Position numbers and translations under genes: made by a program
Shown: positions 55,233 through 64,000 of the stretch, piece by piece
Numbering within the stretch: the first letter of the stretch is position 1
Layout of the letters: each line of letters opens with the position of its first letter
NCBI GenBank assembly: GCA_965213675.1
Contig: OZ243916.1
Span: 3,552,001-3,616,000, forward strand
DNA: 64,000 bases
Direction: 5' to 3'
Origin: an uncultured Candidatus Binatia bacterium
GTDB taxonomy: Bacteria; Desulfobacterota; Binatia; UBA9968; JAJDTQ01
The notes under the pieces: model-generated
Told to the model about the DNA's origin: nothing
Seen by the model: only the letters and a program-made list of their open reading frames with translations
The model's database searches: none

Positions 55233-55601
55233 ATGATCGGACTCGACCGAAAGGCTATTCAGGATATCGCGGTGATCGACGTCAACGGCGACATCGACCT
55301 CCGGGAGATGGTGCGGATCAAGGAAATGATCGGCGGCCTGATGGAGAAGGAACGGCACAAGGTGGTGCTGAACCTCAAGGCCGTGGACCACATCAACTAC
55401 CTGAGCATCGGGGTCCTGCTGGATCGCCTGAGACGCCTCCGCGAGATGAACGGCGATCTGAAGATCTCGGGCATGCGTCCGCACTTGAAGGACATTTTCC
55501 GGGTGGTCGGCATGGACGGGGTGTTCGAGTATTACGCCTCCCTGGACGAGGCCATCGAAAGTTTCGATGACGACTGGGAGGGGGCGGCCACCTGTCATTG
55601 A
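55233..55601 (+). CDS. STAS-domain (anti-sigma-factor antagonist-like) protein
   Basis: VIDVNGDID, VVLNLKAVDHI, GDLKI, IFRVVG; AGGAG RBS. Confidence 0.85.
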   Translation: MIGLDRKAIQDIAVIDVNGDIDLREMVRIKEMIGGLMEKERHKVVLNLKAVDHINYLSIGVLLDRLRRLREMNGDLKISGMRPHLKDIFRVVGMDGVFEYYASLDEAIESFDDDWEGAATCH

Positions 55602-55613
55602 ACGGCCGTCGCC

Positions 55614-56567
55614 ATGAGCTACGCGCACGAGCCCGTGATGCTCCATGAGGTGCTGGAGATTCTCGCGCCGGCGCCGGCACGGCGTTACCTGGACGCCACC
55701 GTGGGGGGTGGCGGACACGCCCGCGAGATCCTGCGCCGGTCGTCTCCGGACGGCGAGCTTCTGGGTCTCGACTGGGACGACGCCGCCGTGGACGCGGCCG
55801 GTCGCGCCCTGACGGGCTTCGGCGCCCGCGTGGCCCTGCGCCGGGCGGGGTTCACCGAGGCGCGCGCCGTGCTCGACGAGGTGGGCTGGACGGACGTGGA
55901 TGGCATGTTGCTGGACCTGGGTCTGTCCTCGCATCATCTCGACGCTCCCGACCGGGGCTTCGGCTTTGCCAACGATGCGCGGCTCGACATGCGCATGGAC
56001 CGGCGTCATTCGCCGGACGCCCACGACCTGGTGAACACGCTGCCGGCGCGGGACCTGGAAGAACTGATCCGCGAGTTCGGTGAAGAACCGGGCGCGCGCC
56101 GGATCGCTCGGGCCATCGACGCGGAAAGGCGCGCCACGACCATCGGGACCACCCGGCAACTGGCCGGAATCGTGGCCCGCGCCTTGGCAGGGGGCGGCCG
56201 CCGGACCCGAGGCGCGCGCACGCCGGCGACGCACCCGGCCACGCGGACGTTCCAGGCCTTGCGCATCGCCGTGAACCGGGAGTTGGAGAACCTGGAGACT
56301 TTTCTAGCAACGGCGTACGAGATGCTGCGCGCCGGCGGGCGGCTCGTCGTCATCTCGTTTCATTCACTGGAGGACCGGCTGGTGAAGCGCGCATTCCACA
56401 AATGGGGTCTGGACTGCGTGTGCCCGCCGCGTCTCCCCGGGTGCGTTTGCGACTGGAGCCGCAAGGCCGCCGCCGTGACCCGCAAGCCGCGCGTGCCCGG
56501 CGCGGAAGAGCTACGGGCCAATCCCAGAGCGCGCTCGGCGCGGCTCCGGGCTGTGGAAAGGGTCTAG
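55614..56567 (+). CDS. rsmH: 16S rRNA m4C1402 methyltransferase
   Basis: HEPVML, DATVGGGGH, DLGLSS, FQALRIAVN, SFHSLEDR, NPRARSA. Confidence 0.96.
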   Translation: MSYAHEPVMLHEVLEILAPAPARRYLDATVGGGGHAREILRRSSPDGELLGLDWDDAAVDAAGRALTGFGARVALRRAGFTEARAVLDEVGWTDVDGMLLDLGLSSHHLDAPDRGFGFANDARLDMRMDRRHSPDAHDLVNTLPARDLEELIREFGEEPGARRIARAIDAERRATTIGTTRQLAGIVARALAGGGRRTRGARTPATHPATRTFQALRIAVNRELENLETFLATAYEMLRAGGRLVVISFHSLEDRLVKRAFHKWGLDCVCPPRLPGCVCDWSRKAAAVTRKPRVPGAEELRANPRARSARLRAVERV

Positions 56568-56625
56568 CCGCCCGTCGAACGCCAGCGCCCTTGGCGCCAG
56601 CGAACACGGATCTTGAGGAGGGGCC

Positions 56626-56970
56626 ATGTTCAGAACCGGCCAGGAGCCGAACAGGGCCACAGGGATTCTCGATCAGCAGGATGTGTCCCGGGCGCGCACC
56701 GCGGCGCCGGGCAACGCGTGGTGGCCCATCGCGCTGAGTTGCCTGCTGGTGGCCTTGGCGCTGCTGCTCGTGTGGCAGCGGCTGCGCGTCGTGCAACTGG
56801 GCTACGTGCTCTCCACCGCCACCAAGCTGGAGCGCCGGCTGGAGCAGACCAATCGCGAGTTGAAGCTGGAGCTGGGGTCGCTGACCGCTCCCGACCGGTT
56901 GGAGACCATGGCGCGGACGCGTCTCGGACTGAAGGACCCGCAGGGTGAGCGGGTTGTCGTCGTGCCATGA
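56626..56970 (+). CDS. ftsL: Cell division protein FtsL
   Basis: Single TM helix plus coiled coil; lies between rsmH and ftsI; start uncertain. Confidence 0.8.
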   Translation: MFRTGQEPNRATGILDQQDVSRARTAAPGNAWWPIALSCLLVALALLLVWQRLRVVQLGYVLSTATKLERRLEQTNRELKLELGSLTAPDRLETMARTRLGLKDPQGERVVVVP

Positions 56971-58916
56971 CCAACGCAACGTCACAGGATCCTGCCGCGA
57001 GGATACGGCTCCGGTTGCGCATCGCCGGCGGCCTGCTGCTGGCGCTGTTGCTGACGGTGGCGCTTCGCGCCATCCAGCTCCAGGCCTTCGACGGGGAGCG
57101 GCTCGCCCGCATGGGCGAGAAGCAGCACCTCCAGGAATGGATCGTCCAACCCGGGCGCGGCACCATCTTCGCTCGCAACGGCGATGCCCTGGCCATCAGC
57201 ATCGAGGCTCAGTCGGTGTACGTGCGCCCACGGCGCTTGAAGGTTACCGACAAGGTGGTGGCCGACGTGGCGCGGGCGCTGGCCATGAAGCCCCGCGAAG
57301 TGCGCCGCAGGATGACCTCCAGCGAGCCTTTCGTATGGCTCAAACGGCAGGTGAAGCCGCGCGAGGCGCAGCGTGTCCGGCGCCTCAAGGTCGGGGGAAT
57401 CGGCTTTTACCATGAGCCCCGGCGGTACTACCCGCAAGGACGGCTCGCGGGGCAGGCCCTGGGAGTCGTGGGCAGGGACGCCCAAGGCCTGGAAGGGATC
57501 GAGCGCAGCTACGACCGGTACATACGCGGGGAAACGAGTTCGTCGGTGGTGGAACGCGACGCGTTGGGCCGCCGGATGCTGGTGGCGGGCCTGGAGGAAT
57601 TGAAGCTGCAGCCCGGCGCCCACGTGCACCTGACGCTGGATTCCGCGCTCCAGCACCTTGCGGAAAAGCATCTGGAGGCCACCGTCCGGCGCTACCGGGC
57701 CAAGGGCGGCGCCGTGGTGATGGTCGATCCGTACACGGGGGCGATCATGGCGCTGGCCAGCTACCCGTTCTTCGACCCCAACCAGTACCAGACCCAGGAT
57801 CGCAGCCGCTGGCGCATCCGCGGGGTCACGGATGCCTACGAGCCGGGCTCCGTCTTCAAGGCCGTGCTCGCGGCCGCCGCCGTCGAGGAGGGCGTCGTGG
57901 GCCGGGAGGACCTGATCTTCTGCGAAAACGGCCGGTACGTCTATGGCGGCCGCGCCATCCACGACTTCAAGAAACACGGCTGGCTGTCGTTCGCAAAAGT
58001 GCTTCGGCTCTCCAGCAACATCGGCACCACGAAGGTGGCGGCGCGGCTCGGCAAGGAGCGTTACCACGGTTACATCCGCAGCTTCGGCTTTGGGCAGAAG
58101 ACCGGCATCGACGTCCTGGGAGAAGCGGCAGGGACGGTACGGCCGCACCATCAGTGGTACGACGTGGACCTTGCCGCGGCCTCCTTCGGACAGTCCATCG
58201 GGACGACGCCGCTGCAGGTGGCCATGGCCTTCTCCGCCATCGCCAACGGCGGCTTGCTGATGCGCCCCTACCTCGTGGACCGGGTGGTGGGCGATGACGG
58301 CCGGCTGCTGTTCCAGAACGGGCCGGAACTGCGGCGCCGCGTGGTTTCCCGGGAGACCGCCCGCACGGTGGTGGACATGCTCAAGGGCGTGGTCGTCGAG
58401 GGCGGCACCGGCGCCCGGGCCGCGGTGGCCGGGTTCGAAACGGCAGGCAAGACCGGAACTTCCCAGAAGGCCGACCGTGTCAAGGGCGGCTACTCGAAGA
58501 CCGCGCGGGTGGCTTCCTTCGCCGGCTTCGTGCCCGCCAACGAGCCCCGCTTCGTGCTCCTGACGCTGGTGGACCAACCCACGGTGGAAGTGTACGGCGG
58601 CCTGGTGGCGGCGCCGCTGTTCCAGCGCATCGCCGCCTCGGCGCTGGATGCCCTCGGGGAGAAGCCCGACCATGACCTTCTCGGGCCCCCGTCGTCCGCG
58701 GGGAACGCCGGCGTGGTGCGCGTGTCGCGCGGGCGCGCCCGGCGCGGAAAGGCCGTTTCGGGCGGACGGCCGAACCTCATGGGCATGAGCATGCGCCAGG
58801 CCGTCGACGAGGCCCGGAAGCTCGGCCTCCCGGTGGTGCTTCGGGGGCACGGCTACGTCGCGGCGCAAAGGATGGATGCGGATGGCCGCCGCCTCGTCCT
58901 CACACTCAAGGAATAA
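56967..58916 (+). CDS. ftsI: Peptidoglycan transpeptidase PBP3 with PASTA domain
   Basis: EPGSVFK (SxxK), SSN (SxN), KTGT. Confidence 0.93.
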   Translation: MTNATSQDPAARIRLRLRIAGGLLLALLLTVALRAIQLQAFDGERLARMGEKQHLQEWIVQPGRGTIFARNGDALAISIEAQSVYVRPRRLKVTDKVVADVARALAMKPREVRRRMTSSEPFVWLKRQVKPREAQRVRRLKVGGIGFYHEPRRYYPQGRLAGQALGVVGRDAQGLEGIERSYDRYIRGETSSSVVERDALGRRMLVAGLEELKLQPGAHVHLTLDSALQHLAEKHLEATVRRYRAKGGAVVMVDPYTGAIMALASYPFFDPNQYQTQDRSRWRIRGVTDAYEPGSVFKAVLAAAAVEEGVVGREDLIFCENGRYVYGGRAIHDFKKHGWLSFAKVLRLSSNIGTTKVAARLGKERYHGYIRSFGFGQKTGIDVLGEAAGTVRPHHQWYDVDLAAASFGQSIGTTPLQVAMAFSAIANGGLLMRPYLVDRVVGDDGRLLFQNGPELRRRVVSRETARTVVDMLKGVVVEGGTGARAAVAGFETAGKTGTSQKADRVKGGYSKTARVASFAGFVPANEPRFVLLTLVDQPTVEVYGGLVAAPLFQRIAASALDALGEKPDHDLLGPPSSAGNAGVVRVSRGRARRGKAVSGGRPNLMGMSMRQAVDEARKLGLPVVLRGHGYVAAQRMDADGRRLVLTLKE

Positions 58917-58920
58917 ACCG

Positions 58921-60450
58921 ATGCTGCTGCGGGAGCTGCTGCATACACCGGACATCCGCGAACAAAGGGGCCCCGTGGACCGCCAGGTCCAGGGGCTCGC
59001 GTGCGATTCGCGCCGGGTGCGCCCCGGCTCCGTCTTCTTCGCCCTGCCGGGGCAGCGCGCCGACGGCCATGACTTTGTCGGCGACGCCGTGGGACGAGGC
59101 GCGGCCGCGGTGGTGGTGGAGCGGCCGGTGGCGGTGCCCGCCGGGACCGCCTGCGTGAGGGTGCCCAGCGCGCGCCGCGCCATGGCTCACGCGGCCGCGG
59201 TGTATTTCGGCCGTCCGAGCCGCTCGCTCGTTCTGGTGGGCGTCACCGGAACCAATGGAAAGACCACGGTCACGTACCTGCTGGAGGCGATTTTCGGCGC
59301 CGCGGGCCACGCCTGTGGGGTGATCGGCACCATCAGCCGGCGGTACCGCGGACGGGAGCTTCCCGCGCCCCTCACCACGCCCGAGTCCCTCGAGATCGAG
59401 GAGTTGCTGGCCGAGATGGCCGGCGCCGGGGTCGGCTTCGTCGCCATGGAGGTTTCCTCCCACGCCCTGGACCTCCACCGCGCCCACGGGTTGGATTTCG
59501 ACGCGGCCGTGTTCACCAACCTGTCGCGCGACCACCTGGACTATCACGGCGACATGGAAGCGTACTTCCGCAGCAAGGCGCGGTTGTTCACCGCCTGCCT
59601 GACCGCCAGCGTCAAGGCGCGGCCCGTGGCGGTGGTCAACGCGGACGACCCGCGCGGCCTCGAGCTGGCGCGGCTGACCCGGGACGCCGGGCTGGCGGCC
59701 CTCACCTACGGGCGCTCGTCTCGCTGGGACGTTCATCCGGTACGGCTGGACAGCGACGTGGACGGTTTGCGCGGGACCCTGGCATGCGCCGGGCAGGAGA
59801 TCGGGTTCTCGTCGCCGCTCATGGGCGAGATCAACCTGGAGAACATCCTGGCGGCGGCCGCCACGGCGTGGGCGCTGGGGGCGCCGCCGGAGGCCATCCG
59901 CGCCGGGCTTTCCCGGCTGGAGCGGGTGCCAGGGCGGTTGGAGCGGGTGCCCAACGGTTTGGGGGTCACCCTGGTGGTGGACTACGCGCACACGCCGGAT
60001 GCCCTGGAAAAGGTCATCCACACCTTGCGGCCGCTGACCCGGGGAAGCCTGATCACGGTGTTCGGCTGCGGCGGCGACCGAGACACGGGCAAGCGCCCGC
60101 TCATGGGGGAGATCGCCGCCGGCGCGAGCGACGCCGTGGTGGTGACATCAGACAACCCGCGTGGCGAGGCGCCGCTGGCGATCATCCGCGGCATTGAAGA
60201 AGGCGTGCGCCGCGGCGGCATGGGGCGCATCGGCGAGGATGGCGCCGGGCGCCCGCGGCGCGGTTACCACGTGGAACCGGACCGGCGCGCGGCCATTCGC
60301 CTGGGCCTGTCGTGGGCGCACCCCGGCGACGTCCTGCTGCTGGCCGGGAAGGGCCACGAGGACTACCAGATCCTGGGCGGGCGCACGATTCGTTTCGACG
60401 ACCGGGAAGTGTTGCGGGAGGAAGCCGCGGCCCGGGCGGCCGGGGAATGA
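58921..60450 (+). CDS. murE: UDP-MurNAc-tripeptide synthetase (meso-DAP type)
   Basis: GVTGTNGKT, MEVSSH, DHLDYH, DYAHTPD, DNPR (DAP-type), AGKGHE. Confidence 0.96.
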   Translation: MLLRELLHTPDIREQRGPVDRQVQGLACDSRRVRPGSVFFALPGQRADGHDFVGDAVGRGAAAVVVERPVAVPAGTACVRVPSARRAMAHAAAVYFGRPSRSLVLVGVTGTNGKTTVTYLLEAIFGAAGHACGVIGTISRRYRGRELPAPLTTPESLEIEELLAEMAGAGVGFVAMEVSSHALDLHRAHGLDFDAAVFTNLSRDHLDYHGDMEAYFRSKARLFTACLTASVKARPVAVVNADDPRGLELARLTRDAGLAALTYGRSSRWDVHPVRLDSDVDGLRGTLACAGQEIGFSSPLMGEINLENILAAAATAWALGAPPEAIRAGLSRLERVPGRLERVPNGLGVTLVVDYAHTPDALEKVIHTLRPLTRGSLITVFGCGGDRDTGKRPLMGEIAAGASDAVVVTSDNPRGEAPLAIIRGIEEGVRRGGMGRIGEDGAGRPRRGYHVEPDRRAAIRLGLSWAHPGDVLLLAGKGHEDYQILGGRTIRFDDREVLREEAAARAAGE

Positions 60451-60466
60451 CGGTGCACGAAGGGTC

Positions 60467-61864
60467 ATGGACTGGAGCATTGACGAGTTGGCGCGGGCGG
60501 CCAGGGGGACGATCATCCAGCGCGGGGCCGCGCTCCGGGTCGGAGAGATCCGCACGGACTCGCGCCAGGTGGAGCGGAACGACGTGTTCGTGGCGCTCCC
60601 GGGCGAGGTGCACGACGGGCACGCGTTCGTCGCCGAGGCGGTGCGGCGCGGAAGCGCTTGCGTCATCGTGCAGCGGAACGTGGCGCCGGCGCCGGAGGTG
60701 ACCGTGATTCGCGTGCGCGAAACCTTGCGGGCGCTGGGGGATGTCGCCCATTGCCATCGGCGGAAGCTGGCGCCGCGGGTGCTGGCGATCACCGGTTCGA
60801 ACGGAAAGACCACGACCAAGGAGATGCTGTTCTCGATTCTGCAACGCGCGCGCCTGGATGATCGCCCGTTGCGCGGCCGGGTGCTCAAGACCGAGGGCAA
60901 CTACAACAACCTCGTGGGTCTGCCCCTGACCCTGCTGCGCCTGCGCCGGCGCCACCGCGCCGCGGTGGTGGAACTGGGAACCAACCGGCCCGGCGAGATT
61001 CGCCGGCTCACGGCCATCGCCGAACCGGACGTGGCGGCCATCACCTCGGTGGCCGCGGCGCATCTTGCCGGTTTGAAGACGGTCGCCGGAGTGGCGCGGG
61101 AAAAGGGCGCGATCTTCCGCGGCCTGGGGGCCCACGGCGCCGCCGCGGTCAATCTCGACGACGTCCGGGTGGTGCGACAGAGCCGCGCGTTCCACGGGCG
61201 CGTGGTGACCTACGGCACGGGCGGCCATGTGCGCGGCGAGGAGCCGGAGATGCTCGCCGGCGGACGCCTGCGCTTCCACCTGCGCGTGGGTCGTCTGAGG
61301 GAGCCGGTGCGCCTGCGCCTGTGCGGACTGCACAACGTGCGCAACGCGGTGGGCGCCGCGGCCATGGCGCACGCCTTCGGGGCGGACGTGACCGCCATCC
61401 GCACGGGACTCGAGGCCGCGCGGCCCGCCGCCATGCGCATGGAAGTCGAGCGCTGGCGCGGCATCGGCATTGTCAACGATGCCTACAACGCCAATCCCGC
61501 CTCCATGGAGGCGGCCCTGGCCGCGCTTCGGGGGATGCCGGCGCGCGGGCGGCGCGTGGCGGTCCTGGGAGACATGCTGGAGATGGGCGAGAACGAGAGT
61601 GCCTGCCATCGTGAGTTGGGCGCGGCCGCGGCGCGCAGCGGCCTCGACGCCCTGTACGTCTGGGGCGGCTTCGCCGGCGAGGTCCGGCGCGGCGCCGTGG
61701 CCGCCGGCATGGAGCCGTCGGCGGTGCACGTGGCGCGCGGCCGCCGGAGCCTGGGGCAAGAGCTGCGCGGCGTGCTGCGCAAGGGCGACTGGCTATTGGT
61801 CAAGGGCTCGCGCGGCGCGGCCATGGAGCAGGTTCTGGCGGCGCTGAAGGATGGAGGAGCCTGA
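60467..61864 (+). CDS. murF: UDP-MurNAc-pentapeptide synthetase
   Basis: AITGSNGKTTTKE, NDAYNANP, LGDMLE, VKGSRG. Confidence 0.95.
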   Translation: MDWSIDELARAARGTIIQRGAALRVGEIRTDSRQVERNDVFVALPGEVHDGHAFVAEAVRRGSACVIVQRNVAPAPEVTVIRVRETLRALGDVAHCHRRKLAPRVLAITGSNGKTTTKEMLFSILQRARLDDRPLRGRVLKTEGNYNNLVGLPLTLLRLRRRHRAAVVELGTNRPGEIRRLTAIAEPDVAAITSVAAAHLAGLKTVAGVAREKGAIFRGLGAHGAAAVNLDDVRVVRQSRAFHGRVVTYGTGGHVRGEEPEMLAGGRLRFHLRVGRLREPVRLRLCGLHNVRNAVGAAAMAHAFGADVTAIRTGLEAARPAAMRMEVERWRGIGIVNDAYNANPASMEAALAALRGMPARGRRVAVLGDMLEMGENESACHRELGAAAARSGLDALYVWGGFAGEVRRGAVAAGMEPSAVHVARGRRSLGQELRGVLRKGDWLLVKGSRGAAMEQVLAALKDGGA

Positions 61865-61867
61865 CGC

Positions 61868-62944
61868 GTGTTGTATTTGCTGCTCTATCCGCTGCATCCC
61901 GCGTTCCCGGTGCTGAACGTGTTCCGCTACATCACGTTCCGCGCGGCGCTGGCGGCGCTCCTGTCGCTGCTGCTGTCATTCGTCATCGGTCCCTGGCTCA
62001 TCCGCTCCCTCAAACAGTGGCAGATCGGCCAGCACATCCGCGAGGACGGACCCGCGCACCATGCCAGCAAGGCCGGCACCCCCACCATGGGGGGCACCCT
62101 GATCCTGCTGTCCCTGTCGCTGGCCACGCTGCTGGTGGCGGACGTCACCAACGTGTACGTGTTGCTGGCCCTGGCCGTGACCGTGGCGTTCGCGGCCATC
62201 GGCCTTGTGGACGACTGTCTCAAGCTCAGGAGCCGCAGCAGCCGCGGACTCTCCATGTGGAGCAAGCTCGTGCCCCAGACCGCGGTGGCCGCCGCCGCGG
62301 TGGTTTTGCTGCTGTCGCAGCCCGACTTCACCAGCACGGTGGCGGTGCCGTTCTTCAAGAACGTGCAGCCGGACCTGGGCCTCTGGTACGTGCCCTTCGC
62401 GGTGGTGGTGATCGTGGGCACCTCCAACGCGGTGAACCTGACCGACGGCCTCGACGGCCTCGCCATCGGCCCGGTGATGACCGCGGCGGCCGCCTACGCC
62501 ATCATCGTCTACCTCGCCGGTCACGCGAAGTTCGCCGAATATCTCCAGATTCCCCACGTGTCCCGGGTCGGCGAGTTGACGGTGTTCTGTGCCGCGGTGG
62601 TGGCGGCAGGCATGGGTTTCCTGTGGTTCAACACCTATCCCGCGCAGATCTTCATGGGCGACGTCGGCAGCCTGGGTCTCGGCGCCGCCCTGGGCATCGT
62701 CGCCGTGGTCAGCAAGAACGAGATCCTGCTGGTGTTGGTGGGCGGGGTGTTCGTGATGGAAGCGGTGTCGGTGATCGTGCAGGTGGCGTCCTACAAGACG
62801 CGCGGCAAACGGGTCTTTCGCATGGCGCCGATCCACCACCATTACGAGCTCAAGGGTTGGCCGGAGCCGCAGATCATCGTGCGGTTCTGGATCGTGTCGA
62901 TCATTTGCGCGCTGTTCGCGTTGAGCACGCTGAAACTGCGCTGA
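61868..62944 (+). CDS. mraY: Phospho-MurNAc-pentapeptide transferase
   Basis: KAGTPTMGG, NAVNLTDGLDGL, FMGDVGS, MAPIHHHYE. Confidence 0.97.
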   Translation: MLYLLLYPLHPAFPVLNVFRYITFRAALAALLSLLLSFVIGPWLIRSLKQWQIGQHIREDGPAHHASKAGTPTMGGTLILLSLSLATLLVADVTNVYVLLALAVTVAFAAIGLVDDCLKLRSRSSRGLSMWSKLVPQTAVAAAAVVLLLSQPDFTSTVAVPFFKNVQPDLGLWYVPFAVVVIVGTSNAVNLTDGLDGLAIGPVMTAAAAYAIIVYLAGHAKFAEYLQIPHVSRVGELTVFCAAVVAAGMGFLWFNTYPAQIFMGDVGSLGLGAALGIVAVVSKNEILLVLVGGVFVMEAVSVIVQVASYKTRGKRVFRMAPIHHHYELKGWPEPQIIVRFWIVSIICALFALSTLKLR

Positions 62945-63006
62945 GGGCTGGCGAAGTGGTGTCGGTCGCTAGGAGCATGGAACGGGTTACGGGCGGCAAG
63001 CCGGTC

Positions 63007-64000
63007 ATGGAACTGCAAGGCAGGAACATCATGGTGCTGGGTCTGGCGCGCACGGGTCTGGCCGTGGCGCGCTTCGTGACGCGCCGCGGCGCCACCGTGG
63101 TGGGCGTGGACGCGCGCGCCGCCGGGCAGATGGAACAGGCTCGGGCGGAGTTGGCGCGGATTTCGGCGGTGGGCCGCTTCGGCCGCGAGGACACGGCTTG
63201 GCTCGATGGGGTGGACGCGGTGGTGCCGAGTCCGGGAGTGCCGCGGCACAACCCGCTTCTGGCGGAGGCCGCGCGCCGCGGCATCGAGGTGTGGAGCGAG
63301 ATCGAGCTGGCGGCACGGTTCGCGTCCATGCCGCTCGTGGCGGTCACTGGCACCAACGGGAAGACCACCACCACCAGCCTCATCGCCGCGATGCTGCAGG
63401 CCGCGGGCCTGCGCGCATTCGCCGGCGGCAACATCGGCAAGCCCTTGATCGACTACGTGGACGAGACCTGGGACTGGGGCGTCGTGGAGGTGAGCAGCTT
63501 CCAGCTCGAGTGGGTGCGGGAGTTCCGTCCGCGCGTCGCGCTGTTCCTGAACCTGAGCGAGGACCATCTCGACCGCTACGACTGCCTGGAGAGCTACGGC
63601 GCGGCCAAGGCCGGGATCTTCGCCGCCCAGCGGCCGGGCGACGTCGCGGTGCTGAACCGCGACGATCCCTGGGTGTGGGGCCTGCGCCGCCGTTTGACCG
63701 CCCGGGTGGTGTCCTTCGGCTGGTCTGAAGCGGCCGAGGGGGCGTTCGTTGCGGGAGACGAGATCGTGTGGCGCGGCGGCGGGGTCGAGGCGCGCCTGCC
63801 GTTGCGGGAACTGCGGCTGCGTGGCGTGCACAACGTCGAGAACGTCATGGCGGCGGTGTGCGCGGCCCGGGCGGCGGGGGTCCGCGCCAACGCCCTGGAG
63901 ACGGCGGCGCGGCGCTTCCCCGGCATCGAACACCGGCTGGAGTTCGTGCGCGAGCTGGACGGTGCGCGCTACTACAACGATTCCAAGGGCACCAACGTCG
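63007..64000 (+). CDS. murD: UDP-MurNAc-L-Ala:D-Glu ligase (3' truncated by window edge)
   Basis: Translated by hand: MELQGRNIMVLGLARTG, PSPGV, VTGTNGKTT, GGNIG, EVSSFQLE, DHLDRY, HRLE, NDSKGTN; alternative ATG at 62977. Confidence 0.93.
   Translation, partial: MELQGRNIMVLGLARTGLAVARFVTRRGATVVGVDARAAGQMEQARAELARISAVGRFGREDTAWLDGVDAVVPSPGVPRHNPLLAEAARRGIEVWSEIELAARFASMPLVAVTGTNGKTTTTSLIAAMLQAAGLRAFAGGNIGKPLIDYVDETWDWGVVEVSSFQLEWVREFRPRVALFLNLSEDHLDRYDCLESYGAAKAGIFAAQRPGDVAVLNRDDPWVWGLRRRLTARVVSFGWSEAAEGAFVAGDEIVWRGGGVEARLPLRELRLRGVHNVENVMAAVCAARAAGVRANALETAARRFPGIEHRLEFVRELDGARYYNDSKGTNV

Overview
GC-rich (roughly two-thirds GC by eye) bacterial chromosome segment. Gene order (rimP-nusA-ylxR-infB-DUF503-rbfA-truB-rpsO-pnp-M16-dut; zinc-ribbon protein-rnpB-mraZ-STAS-rsmH-ftsL-ftsI-murE-murF-mraY-murD) suggests a deltaproteobacterial-type diderm. 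The Calx-beta autotransporter-like genes resemble those I associate with marine sponge symbionts (inference only). Most of the window is housekeeping: gltA, an Fe3+/polyamine-class ABC importer, aguBA, queF-dnaB, ntrBC-like pair plus thiE, translation genes, purBCSQLF, rnpB and the dcw cluster. Accessory content lies at about 32.2-52.7 kb: (1) a hydantoinase/oxoprolinase A-B-B operon; (2) a 7-kb decayed island holding a large-serine-recombinase fragment, a MITE, two broken autotransporter-like adhesin genes that share a ~1.07-kb ~98.5%-identical block but have unrelated passengers, an MmeI-type RM scrap and an intact higBA; (3) an SDR plus FAD oxidase pair; (4) an outer-membrane barrel/MMPL/LolA-like lipid transport trio. 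Several families of palindromic non-coding elements are scattered through intergenic DNA. One is a 165-bp CTAG-flanked MITE present twice, with a compensatory base-pair change between copies. No CRISPR, tRNA or rRNA was seen. The best candidates for undescribed biology are the adhesin passenger-swapping locus, the MITE, the A-B-B amidohydrolase, the barrel-MMPL-LolA trio and the non-canonical STAS gene inside the dcw operon. All calls were made by eye without database searches.
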